From contig JABHQW010000008.1 of the NCBI GenBank assembly GCA_018696595.1, forward strand, positions 363,758 through 427,757: a DNA stretch of 64,000 nucleotides, read 5' to 3'. The stretch comes from Candidatus Woesearchaeota archaeon. GTDB taxonomy: Archaea; Nanobdellota; Nanobdellia; Woesearchaeales; GW2011-AR9. Under the pieces are notes generated by a model. The model was not told where the DNA came from and made no database searches. It worked only from the letters and a program-made list of their open reading frames with translations. Position numbers and translations under genes: made by a program. Position 1 is the first letter of the stretch. Each line of letters begins with the position of its first letter. Below are positions 1-9,169 of this stretch, one piece after another.

Positions 1-307
1 GAATCGTAAGTTAACCCAGTATCTTGTCTAATTTTGCCTCTTTCAATGTCTTTTGCGCTAATACAATAAATTACTTCTAAGTTTTTTAGTTTTTTTAGGA
101 GTTGAACTTTTGCATCAGCTTCATATCCAGGAAGAACTCGAGATGCATGTCCATCATAAAGAAGTTTTCCACCAAACTCTAAATATAGCTTATTGTCAAA
201 TTTAGAAAGTCTTTCTTTAATCGCTTTTGTTTGCGCTATTAAATATTTCTTAGTACTAAAACCCCTTTTCATAGAGGAAATGTTTTTTAGTTATTTAAAT
301 AACTTTC

Positions 308-1405
308 TTACTTCTCTTCAACAATAACTTTATTTCCTTCAATCTTAAAACCAACTTCTAAGAAATGTTCGGTAACATAAATATTTGTTTTTGTGTGGTT
401 ACTAATTTCTCTGGTAAGAATTTCTGAATTTGGTAACAAAGCCATAAACTGAATTAACTGATCTGCCAGGTTTCTATCAACGGCAGTGTCAGAAGAGATC
501 TCTTTCTTTAACATCTCTGCGGCTTCTTTCCCAATTACTTCAGATAGTTTACCTTTCTCCACTAAAGCATCTCCTCCTAGAATTACAGGATTATCAAAGT
601 CCACTTTACCACCTAAACTAAAAATTCCCCAAAGAACAATCTCTCCTCCAATAGAAAGGGTATTTGCATATTCTACTCGTAAGTTCATTGGAACTTTATA
701 ATCTCGTAACAAATTTTCTGCAGACTTTTTAATTCTCTCACCTATTTCTTTGTCTTCTAATTCTGATGACAGATTAACTATTCCGCGGATTTGTTCTAAT
801 TCTCCTTGAGAAACTAATTTTATTTTTGCTGTTCTAAAATTCAAATCTTCATAAAACTGTGCAAAGTTATCATAATCATTTAATTTAAATCTTGGATTAA
901 TCATCAGATGAACTTCCCCGCCACCTTTTGGATAGTACCCTTTCTTAATAACTTTTAATTCAATTTTTTCAACTAACCTTTGCAAGTGTGGAAGTAAAAT
1001 ATTTTGTAAGTAATATACAGAAGCTTGCCATTTACCACAAGTTCCGCCTTTAATTTTCAAAGTAACTTTTCCTGGTGCAAATAAACAAGGAAGAATTATT
1101 GCTTGTAAGAATAGAGTAATACTTCCTGCTGTGCCAATATCAACTTCATAAACTCCTCTTTTAATTTTTCCTGGGTGATACCAAAATTCTTTTGTGCCTA
1201 ATTCTACTTCAGAAGTTTTTGCTCCACAAATTTCTTTCAGGGTCTTAATAGCATGAAGATGTTGCGGTTTTAATCCGCCTTTGTCACCTTTACCTGCTCT
1301 GATTTTGTCAACAGAAAACGGTTTTCCAGTTAGTGTAGAAAGTGCAAGAGCAGTTCTAACTAATGCTCCTCCTCCAGATCCGTATGCGCCATCTAGTTTA
1401 ATCAT
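308..1405 (-). CDS. rtcA: RNA 3'-terminal phosphate cyclase
   Basis: LDGAYGSGGGALVRTALALS N-terminus, DIGTAGSITL, GYYPKGGG and C-terminal His motif (SNHTKTN) typical of RtcA. Confidence 0.93.
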   Translation of the reverse strand: MIKLDGAYGSGGGALVRTALALSTLTGKPFSVDKIRAGKGDKGGLKPQHLHAIKTLKEICGAKTSEVELGTKEFWYHPGKIKRGVYEVDIGTAGSITLFLQAIILPCLFAPGKVTLKIKGGTCGKWQASVYYLQNILLPHLQRLVEKIELKVIKKGYYPKGGGEVHLMINPRFKLNDYDNFAQFYEDLNFRTAKIKLVSQGELEQIRGIVNLSSELEDKEIGERIKKSAENLLRDYKVPMNLRVEYANTLSIGGEIVLWGIFSLGGKVDFDNPVILGGDALVEKGKLSEVIGKEAAEMLKKEISSDTAVDRNLADQLIQFMALLPNSEILTREISNHTKTNIYVTEHFLEVGFKIEGNKVIVEEK

Positions 1406-1439
1406 AATAAGTTAGAATTCATTATTGTTATTTAATATT

Positions 1440-1763
1440 TTAGTAAAATCCGTCATTATCTATGTGGATCTTAATATTTTCTGCAGAAATTTTTACTGAA
1501 GCACAATGTCCGTCTATGCCTCTAATCCCTTCTATCTTTTTAACTAACTTTATTGCTTCGTCTGAATCAATATCTTTAATTGAAATAATATCAGCAGGTT
1601 TAATCTTGGCATGTTCTCTTATTGACATGATGAGGTGATATTTATTTTCTTTTTCATATGGAGTTCTTTCTTCGTCAAAAATGCTGAGGTCAATTTCTAG
1701 GTTAACTTTATCAGGTAATAATTTCCTGACTTCTTCTTCCTCAAAAAATTTGCCATATGTCAT
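1440..1763 (-). CDS. hypothetical protein
   Basis: 107-aa ORF with protein-like composition, co-oriented with rtcA; no recognised motif. Confidence 0.6.
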   Translation of the reverse strand: MTYGKFFEEEEVRKLLPDKVNLEIDLSIFDEERTPYEKENKYHLIMSIREHAKIKPADIISIKDIDSDEAIKLVKKIEGIRGIDGHCASVKISAENIKIHIDNDGFY

Positions 1764-1849
1764 AATAAAGATTTTTTAAACACTTATATTTAAATTTTTA
1801 GTTTTAAAACAAAAAACTTAATAAATGAACTTAGTTCTTAGTTGTTTGT

Positions 1850-1986
1850 GGGGACATAGTATAACCTGGCTAGTATAGGAGCCTCCAGTAATGGAGAGTT
1901 GAGTCTTACGGCGATGATAAACTTTTCCTGAAGCAAGCTTTAGATCTGGGTTCGAATTTGTAAAAACGAAAGTCCCAGTGTCCCCA
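1850..1986 (+). tRNA. tRNA-Trp(CCA) with two introns (37/38: 1889-1935; 59/60: 1957-1972)
   Basis: Acceptor stem GGGGACA/TGTCCCC; anticodon stem GGAGC/GCTTT with CCA at 1885-1887; T-stem CTGGG/CCCAG; removing both inserts restores CTCCAGA and TTCGAAT loops; CCA end not encoded. Confidence 0.92.
1889..1935 (+). ncRNA. intron-encoded box C/D guide RNA (predicted 2'-O-methylation of C34 of tRNA-Trp)
   Basis: TGGAG (1892-1896) is antisense to C32-A36; D'-like TTGA at 1899-1902 places G1894 (fifth nt upstream) opposite C34; C'-like ATGATAA 1914-1920; D box CTGA 1928-1931; matches the known archaeal tRNA-Trp intron guide arrangement. Confidence 0.75.
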
Positions 1987-2041
1987 CTCTTTTCTTTCTA
2001 CAAAACATATATAAACTAATTTCATTTAATTATCCATAGTA

Positions 2042-3217
2042 ATGTTAAAAAAAAGAGGTTCAGAAGAGAAAGGATTCTTTGCTAATCATAAACTAGCGAT
2101 TGCTTCAACTACATTAATCGGAACAATCATTGGGGCCGGGATTTTAGGAATCCCTTACGTTATTGCTAAAACAGGATTTGTTTATGGCTTACTTTTAATT
2201 ATTCTTTTAGGCGGGGCTTATGTTTTTCTTAATCTTTTTCTGGGCGAAGTTATTCTGAGAACTAAGAAACAACATCAACTTCCGGGGTATGCGGAAAAGT
2301 ATTTGGGTAAATGGGGCAAACGACTAATGACTTTGTCAATGTTTATAGGTCTTTATGGTGCATTAACTGCTTACTTAATTGGAGAAGGTGCAGCATTACA
2401 TACCATTTTTGGTTGGGGTGTTCCGTTAATGTACACTTTCATCTTTTTTGCAATAACTGTTTACATTATTTATCGGGGAATAAAAGCAACTGGTAAGGCA
2501 GAACTTATTTTGATCTCTTTACTCTTTCTAGTTGTTGTTTTCATCGGTCTATTATCCTATAATCAGATTCAGTTTTCTAACTTGGTTCATTTTGATCTCA
2601 CAAAAATACTTGTGCCTTACGGTGTAATAGTTTTTGCTTTTGTTGGCTTACCCTCAATTCCAGAAATGCAAGAGGAATTGGGTAGAGAAAAGAAAAAGAT
2701 GAAAAAAGCAATTCTTGTGGGTTCAGTAATTCCAATTGTTCTTTACATTGCTTTTTCCTTAATCATTATTGGGATTGTTGGTTTGGAAAACTTTGAACTT
2801 TTAGGTCCTAATGAAAGAATTGCGACAATCGCTTTAAGTTTATACTCTAACCAAATCTTGGGGATATTCGCCAATTTGCTAGCAGTTTTAGCGATGTTCA
2901 CTTCATTCTTAACAATAGGAACTGCCTTAGTTGAGATTTTTGAGTATGATTATGGTGTTTCTAGAAGGACCTCTTTATTGTTAACTTTTTCATTGCCTCT
3001 TCTAATTGTTTTGTTTAAACTCACCTCATTCATCGTTGTTTTAGGGATTACTGGTGCAATAGCGGGGGGTTTAGATGGTATTTTAGTGATGTTAATGTAT
3101 TGGAAAGCCAAGAAACTTGGTGATAGAAAACCAGAATATACAATGGGGAAACATTACATTTTGGGTGTCTTTTTGATTCTGATGTTTGTTGTTGGGATCG
3201 CTTATCAATTTTTCTAA
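2042..3217 (+). CDS. aromatic amino acid permease (Trp/Tyr, HAAAP family)
   Basis: GTIIGAGILGIPY motif, about 11 TM segments. Confidence 0.85.
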   Translation: MLKKRGSEEKGFFANHKLAIASTTLIGTIIGAGILGIPYVIAKTGFVYGLLLIILLGGAYVFLNLFLGEVILRTKKQHQLPGYAEKYLGKWGKRLMTLSMFIGLYGALTAYLIGEGAALHTIFGWGVPLMYTFIFFAITVYIIYRGIKATGKAELILISLLFLVVVFIGLLSYNQIQFSNLVHFDLTKILVPYGVIVFAFVGLPSIPEMQEELGREKKKMKKAILVGSVIPIVLYIAFSLIIIGIVGLENFELLGPNERIATIALSLYSNQILGIFANLLAVLAMFTSFLTIGTALVEIFEYDYGVSRRTSLLLTFSLPLLIVLFKLTSFIVVLGITGAIAGGLDGILVMLMYWKAKKLGDRKPEYTMGKHYILGVFLILMFVVGIAYQFF

Positions 3218-3262
3218 AACTTTTCTTTTTGGGTCGTTACTACTTAAAGTTAGCAATAGTTA

Positions 3263-3277
3263 CGAAACTTTTATATA
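3263..3277 (+). promoter_or_regulatory. archaeal BRE/TATA promoter of the surface-protein genes
   Basis: CGAAAC-TTTATATAT upstream of 3339; near-identical element at 7828-7842. Confidence 0.6.
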
Positions 3278-3338
3278 TTGGGTGTTACTTTTGAGTAGAA
3301 AATAGTCAAAAATCTTATTTTTATGGGGGAAATTTAAA

Positions 3339-5093
3339 ATGAATATTAGAAAAATTGGAAGAAATGTTCTTAATGTTAGTAAATATACTGTTGCTGGTGC
3401 TACTTTGGGTGCTGGTTTATTTTTTGGTGGTCAAGCTTTAGCTGAAGAACCAAAAGATGTTGTTGAGCAACCTGACGCTTATGTAGAAGTTCAATCTGAA
3501 GTTCAGCCTGAACAAAGAGATCTTTATGATACTCAAACAGCTGAAGTTGCTGCGCCTCTTGAAGTTACTGTAACTCCTGAAGTTACTAATTATGAAACTC
3601 AATCAGCTCCTGAAGTCGTTGCACCTCTTGATGTTCAAACACCTGATGTTGCTACACCTCTTGAAGTTGCTGTAACTCCTGATACTCCTTCTCCGAGTTT
3701 CTCTTGGGGTGATTTGCTGAACGTGAATGGGCAAACTGTTATGCAAACTCCAACTGTAGAGCCTGTTGCAGAAACTAATCCCGTAGATTACAAGGGAACA
3801 ACTCCTGCGGTTGCAGATCCGGATGTAGCAATTGTTAATCCTGCAGAACCCGTTCTAGAACCACAATCTCCTATTCCTGTTAATGAGGATGGAACTGCTT
3901 ACAAGCTTGGACAAAAACCTGTTGTCGCTGATACTGTTGCAGGACCTAATGCTGTTGATTACAAAGGAACAACTCCCGTAGTTGAACCAGCTGTTGCAGA
4001 TAATCCTGTAGCTCCTTTAGAAGAAAAAGTTGCTGAAGTTAAAACAGAAACACCTTCTCATGCTGGGAAATTCTCAGTAAGTGGATGTGAAAAAGGACAA
4101 GAAGCTTATTTAGTTGCAACCGAAGACGGAAGTAACTTGAAAGCAGAATGTAAAACTCCTAAGAAGAAAGGGCCAAGATGTGTTGAACAGTATGAAGGAA
4201 ATGGTCGATGCATTGAACCCGTTTTAGCAGAATCTCATAATGTGCTTACTCCTGCTGTAAAAGGATTATGTCCTGGAACAACTCTATGTTATGATAGTTC
4301 TGAAGTTGACAATCTTGGTGAACAAATTGCTTTAGTTGCAAGAGTTTCTGAAGATAATAGAACCTATATCCATCAATTGGATGAATCTGTTAGCCAAAAT
4401 GGTCAAAATCTTAGTGAGTTAAGTGAAGTTGTTGATCAAAATGAACAAATTATTGATGAGTTAGATACTGCAGTTGATAAAAACTCTCGTGGTATTGGTT
4501 CTCTTGATAAAAAAGTTTCTGATCAATATAAAGTTAAATCTACTGATAAAAATAATGTTGAAGTTAACTTAAATCTTAGAGGAACGGTTTCTGCCGGAAT
4601 TGGTGCTGACTCAGACTCAATTGCTGTTTACATTGAACCTGAATTAAGTGTTGGCGGAACTTTCGGAGAACATTTCGGATTATTTGGTTATGTTAACGGA
4701 AATATTCCTGCATATGACCCTTCAGAAACTGATAACCATGAAAATGATTTAGGAATCATGACTGAAAATGTAGATACTGAAACAAACACTTCTCGAAGAG
4801 CTGGAGCTGGTTTAATGGCTAGGTTTCCTGTTGCTGATGGTGCTGTTACTCCTTATGCTAAAGTAGGAGCTGCTTTTATGCAAACTGAAGCAAGTAAAGA
4901 TATTTCTCGTAATGGGGAAGAAATTGATGCCCTGTCTGACAATTACAATGGCGTTGGTTTAGAAGGCGCATTAGGAATTGACTTTGACTTTGGTCAACCA
5001 GGCGGAATTGTTTTAGGTTTAGAAGGAAGAGCAAATTCCTTTGGTGGCGGATACGGCGCAGGATCTGGAATGTTAGGATACACTTTCAAATAG
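3339..5093 (+). CDS. secreted protein: Pro/Val/Glu-rich repeats, small Cys domain, coiled coil, C-terminal 8-stranded OmpA-like beta-barrel
   Basis: Signal peptide ending QALA-EE; repeats VDYKGTTP x2 and (A/T)PL(E/D)V x3; eight amphipathic strands including VTPYAKVGAAF and terminal GMLGYTFK. Confidence 0.75.
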   Translation: MNIRKIGRNVLNVSKYTVAGATLGAGLFFGGQALAEEPKDVVEQPDAYVEVQSEVQPEQRDLYDTQTAEVAAPLEVTVTPEVTNYETQSAPEVVAPLDVQTPDVATPLEVAVTPDTPSPSFSWGDLLNVNGQTVMQTPTVEPVAETNPVDYKGTTPAVADPDVAIVNPAEPVLEPQSPIPVNEDGTAYKLGQKPVVADTVAGPNAVDYKGTTPVVEPAVADNPVAPLEEKVAEVKTETPSHAGKFSVSGCEKGQEAYLVATEDGSNLKAECKTPKKKGPRCVEQYEGNGRCIEPVLAESHNVLTPAVKGLCPGTTLCYDSSEVDNLGEQIALVARVSEDNRTYIHQLDESVSQNGQNLSELSEVVDQNEQIIDELDTAVDKNSRGIGSLDKKVSDQYKVKSTDKNNVEVNLNLRGTVSAGIGADSDSIAVYIEPELSVGGTFGEHFGLFGYVNGNIPAYDPSETDNHENDLGIMTENVDTETNTSRRAGAGLMARFPVADGAVTPYAKVGAAFMQTEASKDISRNGEEIDALSDNYNGVGLEGALGIDFDFGQPGGIVLGLEGRANSFGGGYGAGSGMLGYTFK

Positions 5094-5117
5094 AGTTTGA
5101 TGTGAGGTAAACTTAAA

Positions 5118-7772
5118 ATGAAAAATACTTTTACTTTTTTTACAATTTTCCTATTTGTACTATCTATTGTTCCATTAGCAGCAGCAGCAGATGTTTCTGT
5201 TCAAGCTGAATGGTCAGTTAATGGAGAAGCTGCAGGTAAAATATTAAATGCTGAAACTGGAGAAGGAACTACTTTCGCAGTGATGGTTAATGCTTTAAAT
5301 GATAATTTAAACGATTATAACTTCTTTGTTAAAGTTTACGATGGCAGTTATGATGAGATGGTTAATCCTGGTTGGGAAACTACAAACGTAGAATCTTTCC
5401 CTGGCGGAACAACTATGTATACTGTTAATTATAATGCTCCTTTAACCGAAGGAACTTACTTTATTGTTGCTTCAGCATACTATGCTCAAGAAAACGATGA
5501 AGGATTTGATACACTAACATTAATTGTTACAGAAGCTCCTTGTTTAGATACAGACGATGACGGCGTTTGTGATGAAGATGAAATCTTGGGATGTACAGAC
5601 ACAGATGCAAATAATTACAATCCAAATGCAACTGAAGAAGACGACAGTTGTGAATACGATTGTTTAGATTCCGATGGCGATGGTGTTTGTGATGAAGATG
5701 AAATCTTAGGGTGTACTGATTCAGAAGCAGAGAATTTTAATCCAAATGCAACAGAAGAAGATAATAACTGTGAATATGCTTGTACAGATTCTGACAACGA
5801 TGGTGTTTGTGATGAAGATGATCTTTGTCCAGATGAACCTGGGCTATTAGATAATAATGGTTGTCCTGAAGAAGTTATTAATGAAGCTCCCATTATTGAA
5901 GTTTTTGGAACTAACAAAATTAATGAAATGAGTTCATTAAACTTAATCGTTGAAATTGAAGATGAGGATATTGTTAACTTAGAAGTTAAGGTTGAAAAAT
6001 GTGAGATTTATATTTTTGGGCTTTGCTTATTTGCAAGTTACACAGATGCTCCTGAAAATTCAGAATTAACTTTTGTTTCTGAAAACAAATATGCTTTTAC
6101 TTGGACTCCGGATTACCGTTTTGTAAAACATCCTGCAACAGAAAGATCTATTCGATTAGTTTTTATTGCCGATGACGGAGAAGCAAAAGATTATAATTTA
6201 CATAAAGTAACTGTTAACGATGTTAATCAATTACCTGTTTTAAGTTCAGAAGGCGTAGAAGATGTTGATGAAGGAAAAAGCTTTGTTGCTACTTTTACTG
6301 CCATTGATGCTGATGAAGAAGACGTCTTGGACTTGGGGATTATTTTAATGGGATATGAATTCATGGGTAATGATCTTCCTGATTGGATCTCTATGGAAAG
6401 TATTGCAAAGAATACAATTCAATTAACCGTAACTCCTGATTGTGATAGTGCTGGAGATTACTTCCTTAGATTTACTGCTAACGATGGACTATTCTTGGCG
6501 GAACTAATGGAACCATTTACTGTTACCGAAGCTTGTGATGCTCCAATTCTTGGATGTATGGATGAGTCTGCATTAAACTACAATCCTGAAGCAACCGAAG
6601 ATGATGAAAGTTGTGAATATACTTGTAGTGATGTGGATAACGACGGAGTTTGTGATGAAAATGATCTTTGTCCGCATGAAGTGGGTACTGAGAATAACAA
6701 AGGATGTCCTGAAGAACCTGTTGCTGATAATATGGTTCCTGTTCTAAGAGGATTAATGGATCAATCTGTTTATGCAGAAGAGAAATTAACATTTCAAATT
6801 CATGTGACTGATGACAATGATAAAAACATGGACTTAATTGTTGAAGGACTTCCAGAAGGAGCAGAAGTATTTGCTTCTAATCGGGTTGCACCTTTGCCTT
6901 TAAAAAACATCATGCAGAAATTATTTTTGAAAACAGAGTATAAACACACTTTTATTTTCAAATGGGTTCCAACAGAAGCACAAGTTGGTGAATACTTAGT
7001 AGGATTTACTGCTGACGATGGTTTAGCTAAATCGGAACAAAAGACAATCAAAATCACTGTATTAGAACAACCAGTTGAACCTTGTGTTGATACAGATTCT
7101 GATGGTATTTGCGACGAAGTTGATCTTTGTCCGTTAGATCCAGAAGATTTTGATGGTATTGAAGACGAAGATGGTTGTCCTGAAGATGATCCAGTTAACC
7201 ATGCACCTTTAATCTTATCAAATCCAACTACTGTTGCAACCGAGAATCATGATTACACTTACCAATTTTTGGCGGAAGATCCAGACGGAGACGAGATAAC
7301 TGTAACTTTAGTTGACGCTCCTGAAGGGATGACTATGTCTGAAGATTGGTTAGTTGAATGGATTCCTGAAGATTTAACTAATGGCAAAGTGGCTATTAGT
7401 GTAACTGACGGAGAGTTTGTGGTAACACAGAAGTTTACAATTGGCGTTGCTGAAGCTTACAAGAATGTTAAGCTAGCATCCGTACAATTGGCGGCTGAAG
7501 AAGTTGTTGCTGGTGGTTATTTGTCTACTCAAATCAAAGTAGAAAATAACGGCGAGAAAGATATGGGTGATTTAAAGATTAGTGTGATTGTTCCTGAGCT
7601 TGGATTGAAGAAGTCTGTGAGTGAGTTTGACTTGAAACCAGGGCAAAGTAAGAACAAGAACATTAATCTACAGTTACCTTATTACGCTTACTCTGGTGAG
7701 TATCTAGTTAAGGTAAGTGTTAGTAACAGCAATTTCCATGAACAAACCTATAGGTTGGTAACAATCTATTAG
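5118..7772 (+). CDS. large Ca-binding surface protein (DxDxDG/TSP3-like repeats, cadherin/Ig-like domains, C-terminal CARDB-like domain)
   Basis: Signal peptide; C(L/T/V)D(T/S)DxDG(V/I)CDExD repeats; ILGC(T/M)DxxAxN(Y/F)NPxATExDxxCEY x3; NHAPLILS Ig-like unit; VENNGEKD CARDB-like end. Confidence 0.8.
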   Translation: MKNTFTFFTIFLFVLSIVPLAAAADVSVQAEWSVNGEAAGKILNAETGEGTTFAVMVNALNDNLNDYNFFVKVYDGSYDEMVNPGWETTNVESFPGGTTMYTVNYNAPLTEGTYFIVASAYYAQENDEGFDTLTLIVTEAPCLDTDDDGVCDEDEILGCTDTDANNYNPNATEEDDSCEYDCLDSDGDGVCDEDEILGCTDSEAENFNPNATEEDNNCEYACTDSDNDGVCDEDDLCPDEPGLLDNNGCPEEVINEAPIIEVFGTNKINEMSSLNLIVEIEDEDIVNLEVKVEKCEIYIFGLCLFASYTDAPENSELTFVSENKYAFTWTPDYRFVKHPATERSIRLVFIADDGEAKDYNLHKVTVNDVNQLPVLSSEGVEDVDEGKSFVATFTAIDADEEDVLDLGIILMGYEFMGNDLPDWISMESIAKNTIQLTVTPDCDSAGDYFLRFTANDGLFLAELMEPFTVTEACDAPILGCMDESALNYNPEATEDDESCEYTCSDVDNDGVCDENDLCPHEVGTENNKGCPEEPVADNMVPVLRGLMDQSVYAEEKLTFQIHVTDDNDKNMDLIVEGLPEGAEVFASNRVAPLPLKNIMQKLFLKTEYKHTFIFKWVPTEAQVGEYLVGFTADDGLAKSEQKTIKITVLEQPVEPCVDTDSDGICDEVDLCPLDPEDFDGIEDEDGCPEDDPVNHAPLILSNPTTVATENHDYTYQFLAEDPDGDEITVTLVDAPEGMTMSEDWLVEWIPEDLTNGKVAISVTDGEFVVTQKFTIGVAEAYKNVKLASVQLAAEEVVAGGYLSTQIKVENNGEKDMGDLKISVIVPELGLKKSVSEFDLKPGQSKNKNINLQLPYYAYSGEYLVKVSVSNSNFHEQTYRLVTIY
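5539..5874 (+). repeat. intragenic tandem repeats (acidic Cys/Asp units)
   Basis: Near-identical DNA units such as TGTGATGAAGATGAAATCTTGGG / ...CTTAGG and AATCCAAATGCAAC. Confidence 0.8.
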
Positions 7773-7779
7773 GTATGAC

Positions 7780-7818
7780 TATTGCGGGGTAGCTATTAAG
7801 TGTAGCTACTCAACAATA
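7780..7818. promoter_or_regulatory. inverted repeat/hairpin upstream of a BRE-TATA
   Basis: GTAGCTA-N7-TAGCTAC core extended by TATTG/CAATA arms. Confidence 0.45.
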
Positions 7819-7827
7819 CTAAACCAA

Positions 7828-7842
7828 CGAAAACTTTATAAA
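7828..7842 (+). promoter_or_regulatory. BRE/TATA promoter
   Basis: CGAAAAC-TTTATAAA upstream of the 7919 gene; GGAGG SD before its ATG. Confidence 0.6.
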
Positions 7843-7918
7843 CCAAAGCGGTTTTAAAGACTAAAACACAAAAAAATAACATTCATAAAAGGATAAATTT
7901 TTTTTGGAGGAAGAAAAA

Positions 7919-9169
7919 ATGAAAAAACTTTTAAGTATAATGGCTTTATTCGTAATTAGCTTATTGACTTTATCAATGGTTAGTGCATTAGATGCAAATG
8001 ACCTAGTAATTAAGTCTATTGAAGTTAATGGCCACAATGTAGAAGATGGCGAAGTTCTTGCTGTTGAAGAAGGAGAAACTTTAGATGTTGAAGTTGGCTT
8101 ATTAGCTAACGCTGGTGCAGAAAATATTGAAGTGGAAGTTGAAATTTCAGGTTATGAATACAACGACCAAGAAGATATGGAAGCTACCGCACACATCGAT
8201 AATATCCAAGCTGGAAATACAAAATATTTTGACTTGGAAGTAACTTTGCCTAAGAAATTAGACAAGGATGAATACATGTTAAGAGTTCGTGTAATGGATA
8301 AGAATACTGCGGCAATTACCCACAATATTTTATTATCAATCGAACCTACAAGACATGGAATCGATATTGCAGACGTTGCTTTATCCCCTGGAGAAACCCA
8401 AAAAGCTGGTAGATCTTTTTTAGCTACTGTTCTATTGGAAAACTTCGGAGATAAAACTGAGAAAGACGTTAAAGTTGAAGTTGCAATTCCTGCATTAGGA
8501 GTTAAAGCTACTGAATACGTTGACGTTGTTGTAACCGATAACAATAATGTAGATTATGAAGACGTTCCTGAAATGTTCTTACCTCTTCCTGCTACTGCAG
8601 AAGCTGGTGCTTACGACATGATCGTTACAGTTAAATACGATGACTTAAGGGAAACTGTTAGCCAAACTTACAAAGTTAATGTTTTAGCTAACGAACTATT
8701 CCAAAAGTCTGACAAGTTAGTTTTAGCTGTTGGTCCGGAAAGTCAAACTGTTGCTGCTGGTAACACTGCTAGTTATGCTGTTGCATTAACAAACGCAGGA
8801 TCAACTTCTAAAGCTTATGTTTTAGATGTAGTTACTGGTGACTGGGCTACCGCAACTGTTAGTGATGCTTTAGTTGTTTTAGAACCTGGAAAGAACAAAG
8901 TTGTTCAAGTAGATGTAACCGCTGCTAGTAATGCTGTTGAAGGTCAACACGTTGCAAGCGTTGCTATTATGTCTGGTGACGAAGTTCTTGAAACCATCGT
9001 TCTAAAAGCAAACGTAGCTGGCACCGCTAGTGAGAGTTTTAGCTTAAGAAACGGTTTGGAAATCGCTTTAATCGTCTTAGTTGTTCTATTAGTAATCATT
9101 GGTTTAATCATTGGTTTCAGTAGATTAAGAAAAGACGACGAAGACGAAGAAGAACAAACTTACTACTAA
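7919..9169 (+). CDS. membrane-anchored surface/S-layer-associated protein with CARDB-like Ig domains
   Basis: ATG 7919 after GGAGG; signal peptide (VSA-LD); LLENFGDKTEKDV CARDB-like motif; C-terminal TM and acidic tail. Confidence 0.8.
   Translation: MKKLLSIMALFVISLLTLSMVSALDANDLVIKSIEVNGHNVEDGEVLAVEEGETLDVEVGLLANAGAENIEVEVEISGYEYNDQEDMEATAHIDNIQAGNTKYFDLEVTLPKKLDKDEYMLRVRVMDKNTAAITHNILLSIEPTRHGIDIADVALSPGETQKAGRSFLATVLLENFGDKTEKDVKVEVAIPALGVKATEYVDVVVTDNNNVDYEDVPEMFLPLPATAEAGAYDMIVTVKYDDLRETVSQTYKVNVLANELFQKSDKLVLAVGPESQTVAAGNTASYAVALTNAGSTSKAYVLDVVTGDWATATVSDALVVLEPGKNKVVQVDVTAASNAVEGQHVASVAIMSGDEVLETIVLKANVAGTASESFSLRNGLEIALIVLVVLLVIIGLIIGFSRLRKDDEDEEEQTYY

Noticed and set aside
1850-3217. 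Trp-specific regulatory link between tRNA-Trp and the downstream Trp/Tyr-family permease
   Set aside because: The permease has its own TATA (~2005-2012) and no leader structure; the adjacency alone is not evidence.
5539-7200. Repeated DNA units as a possible CRISPR array
   Set aside because: They are in-frame coding repeats without constant-length unique spacers; no cas genes are present.
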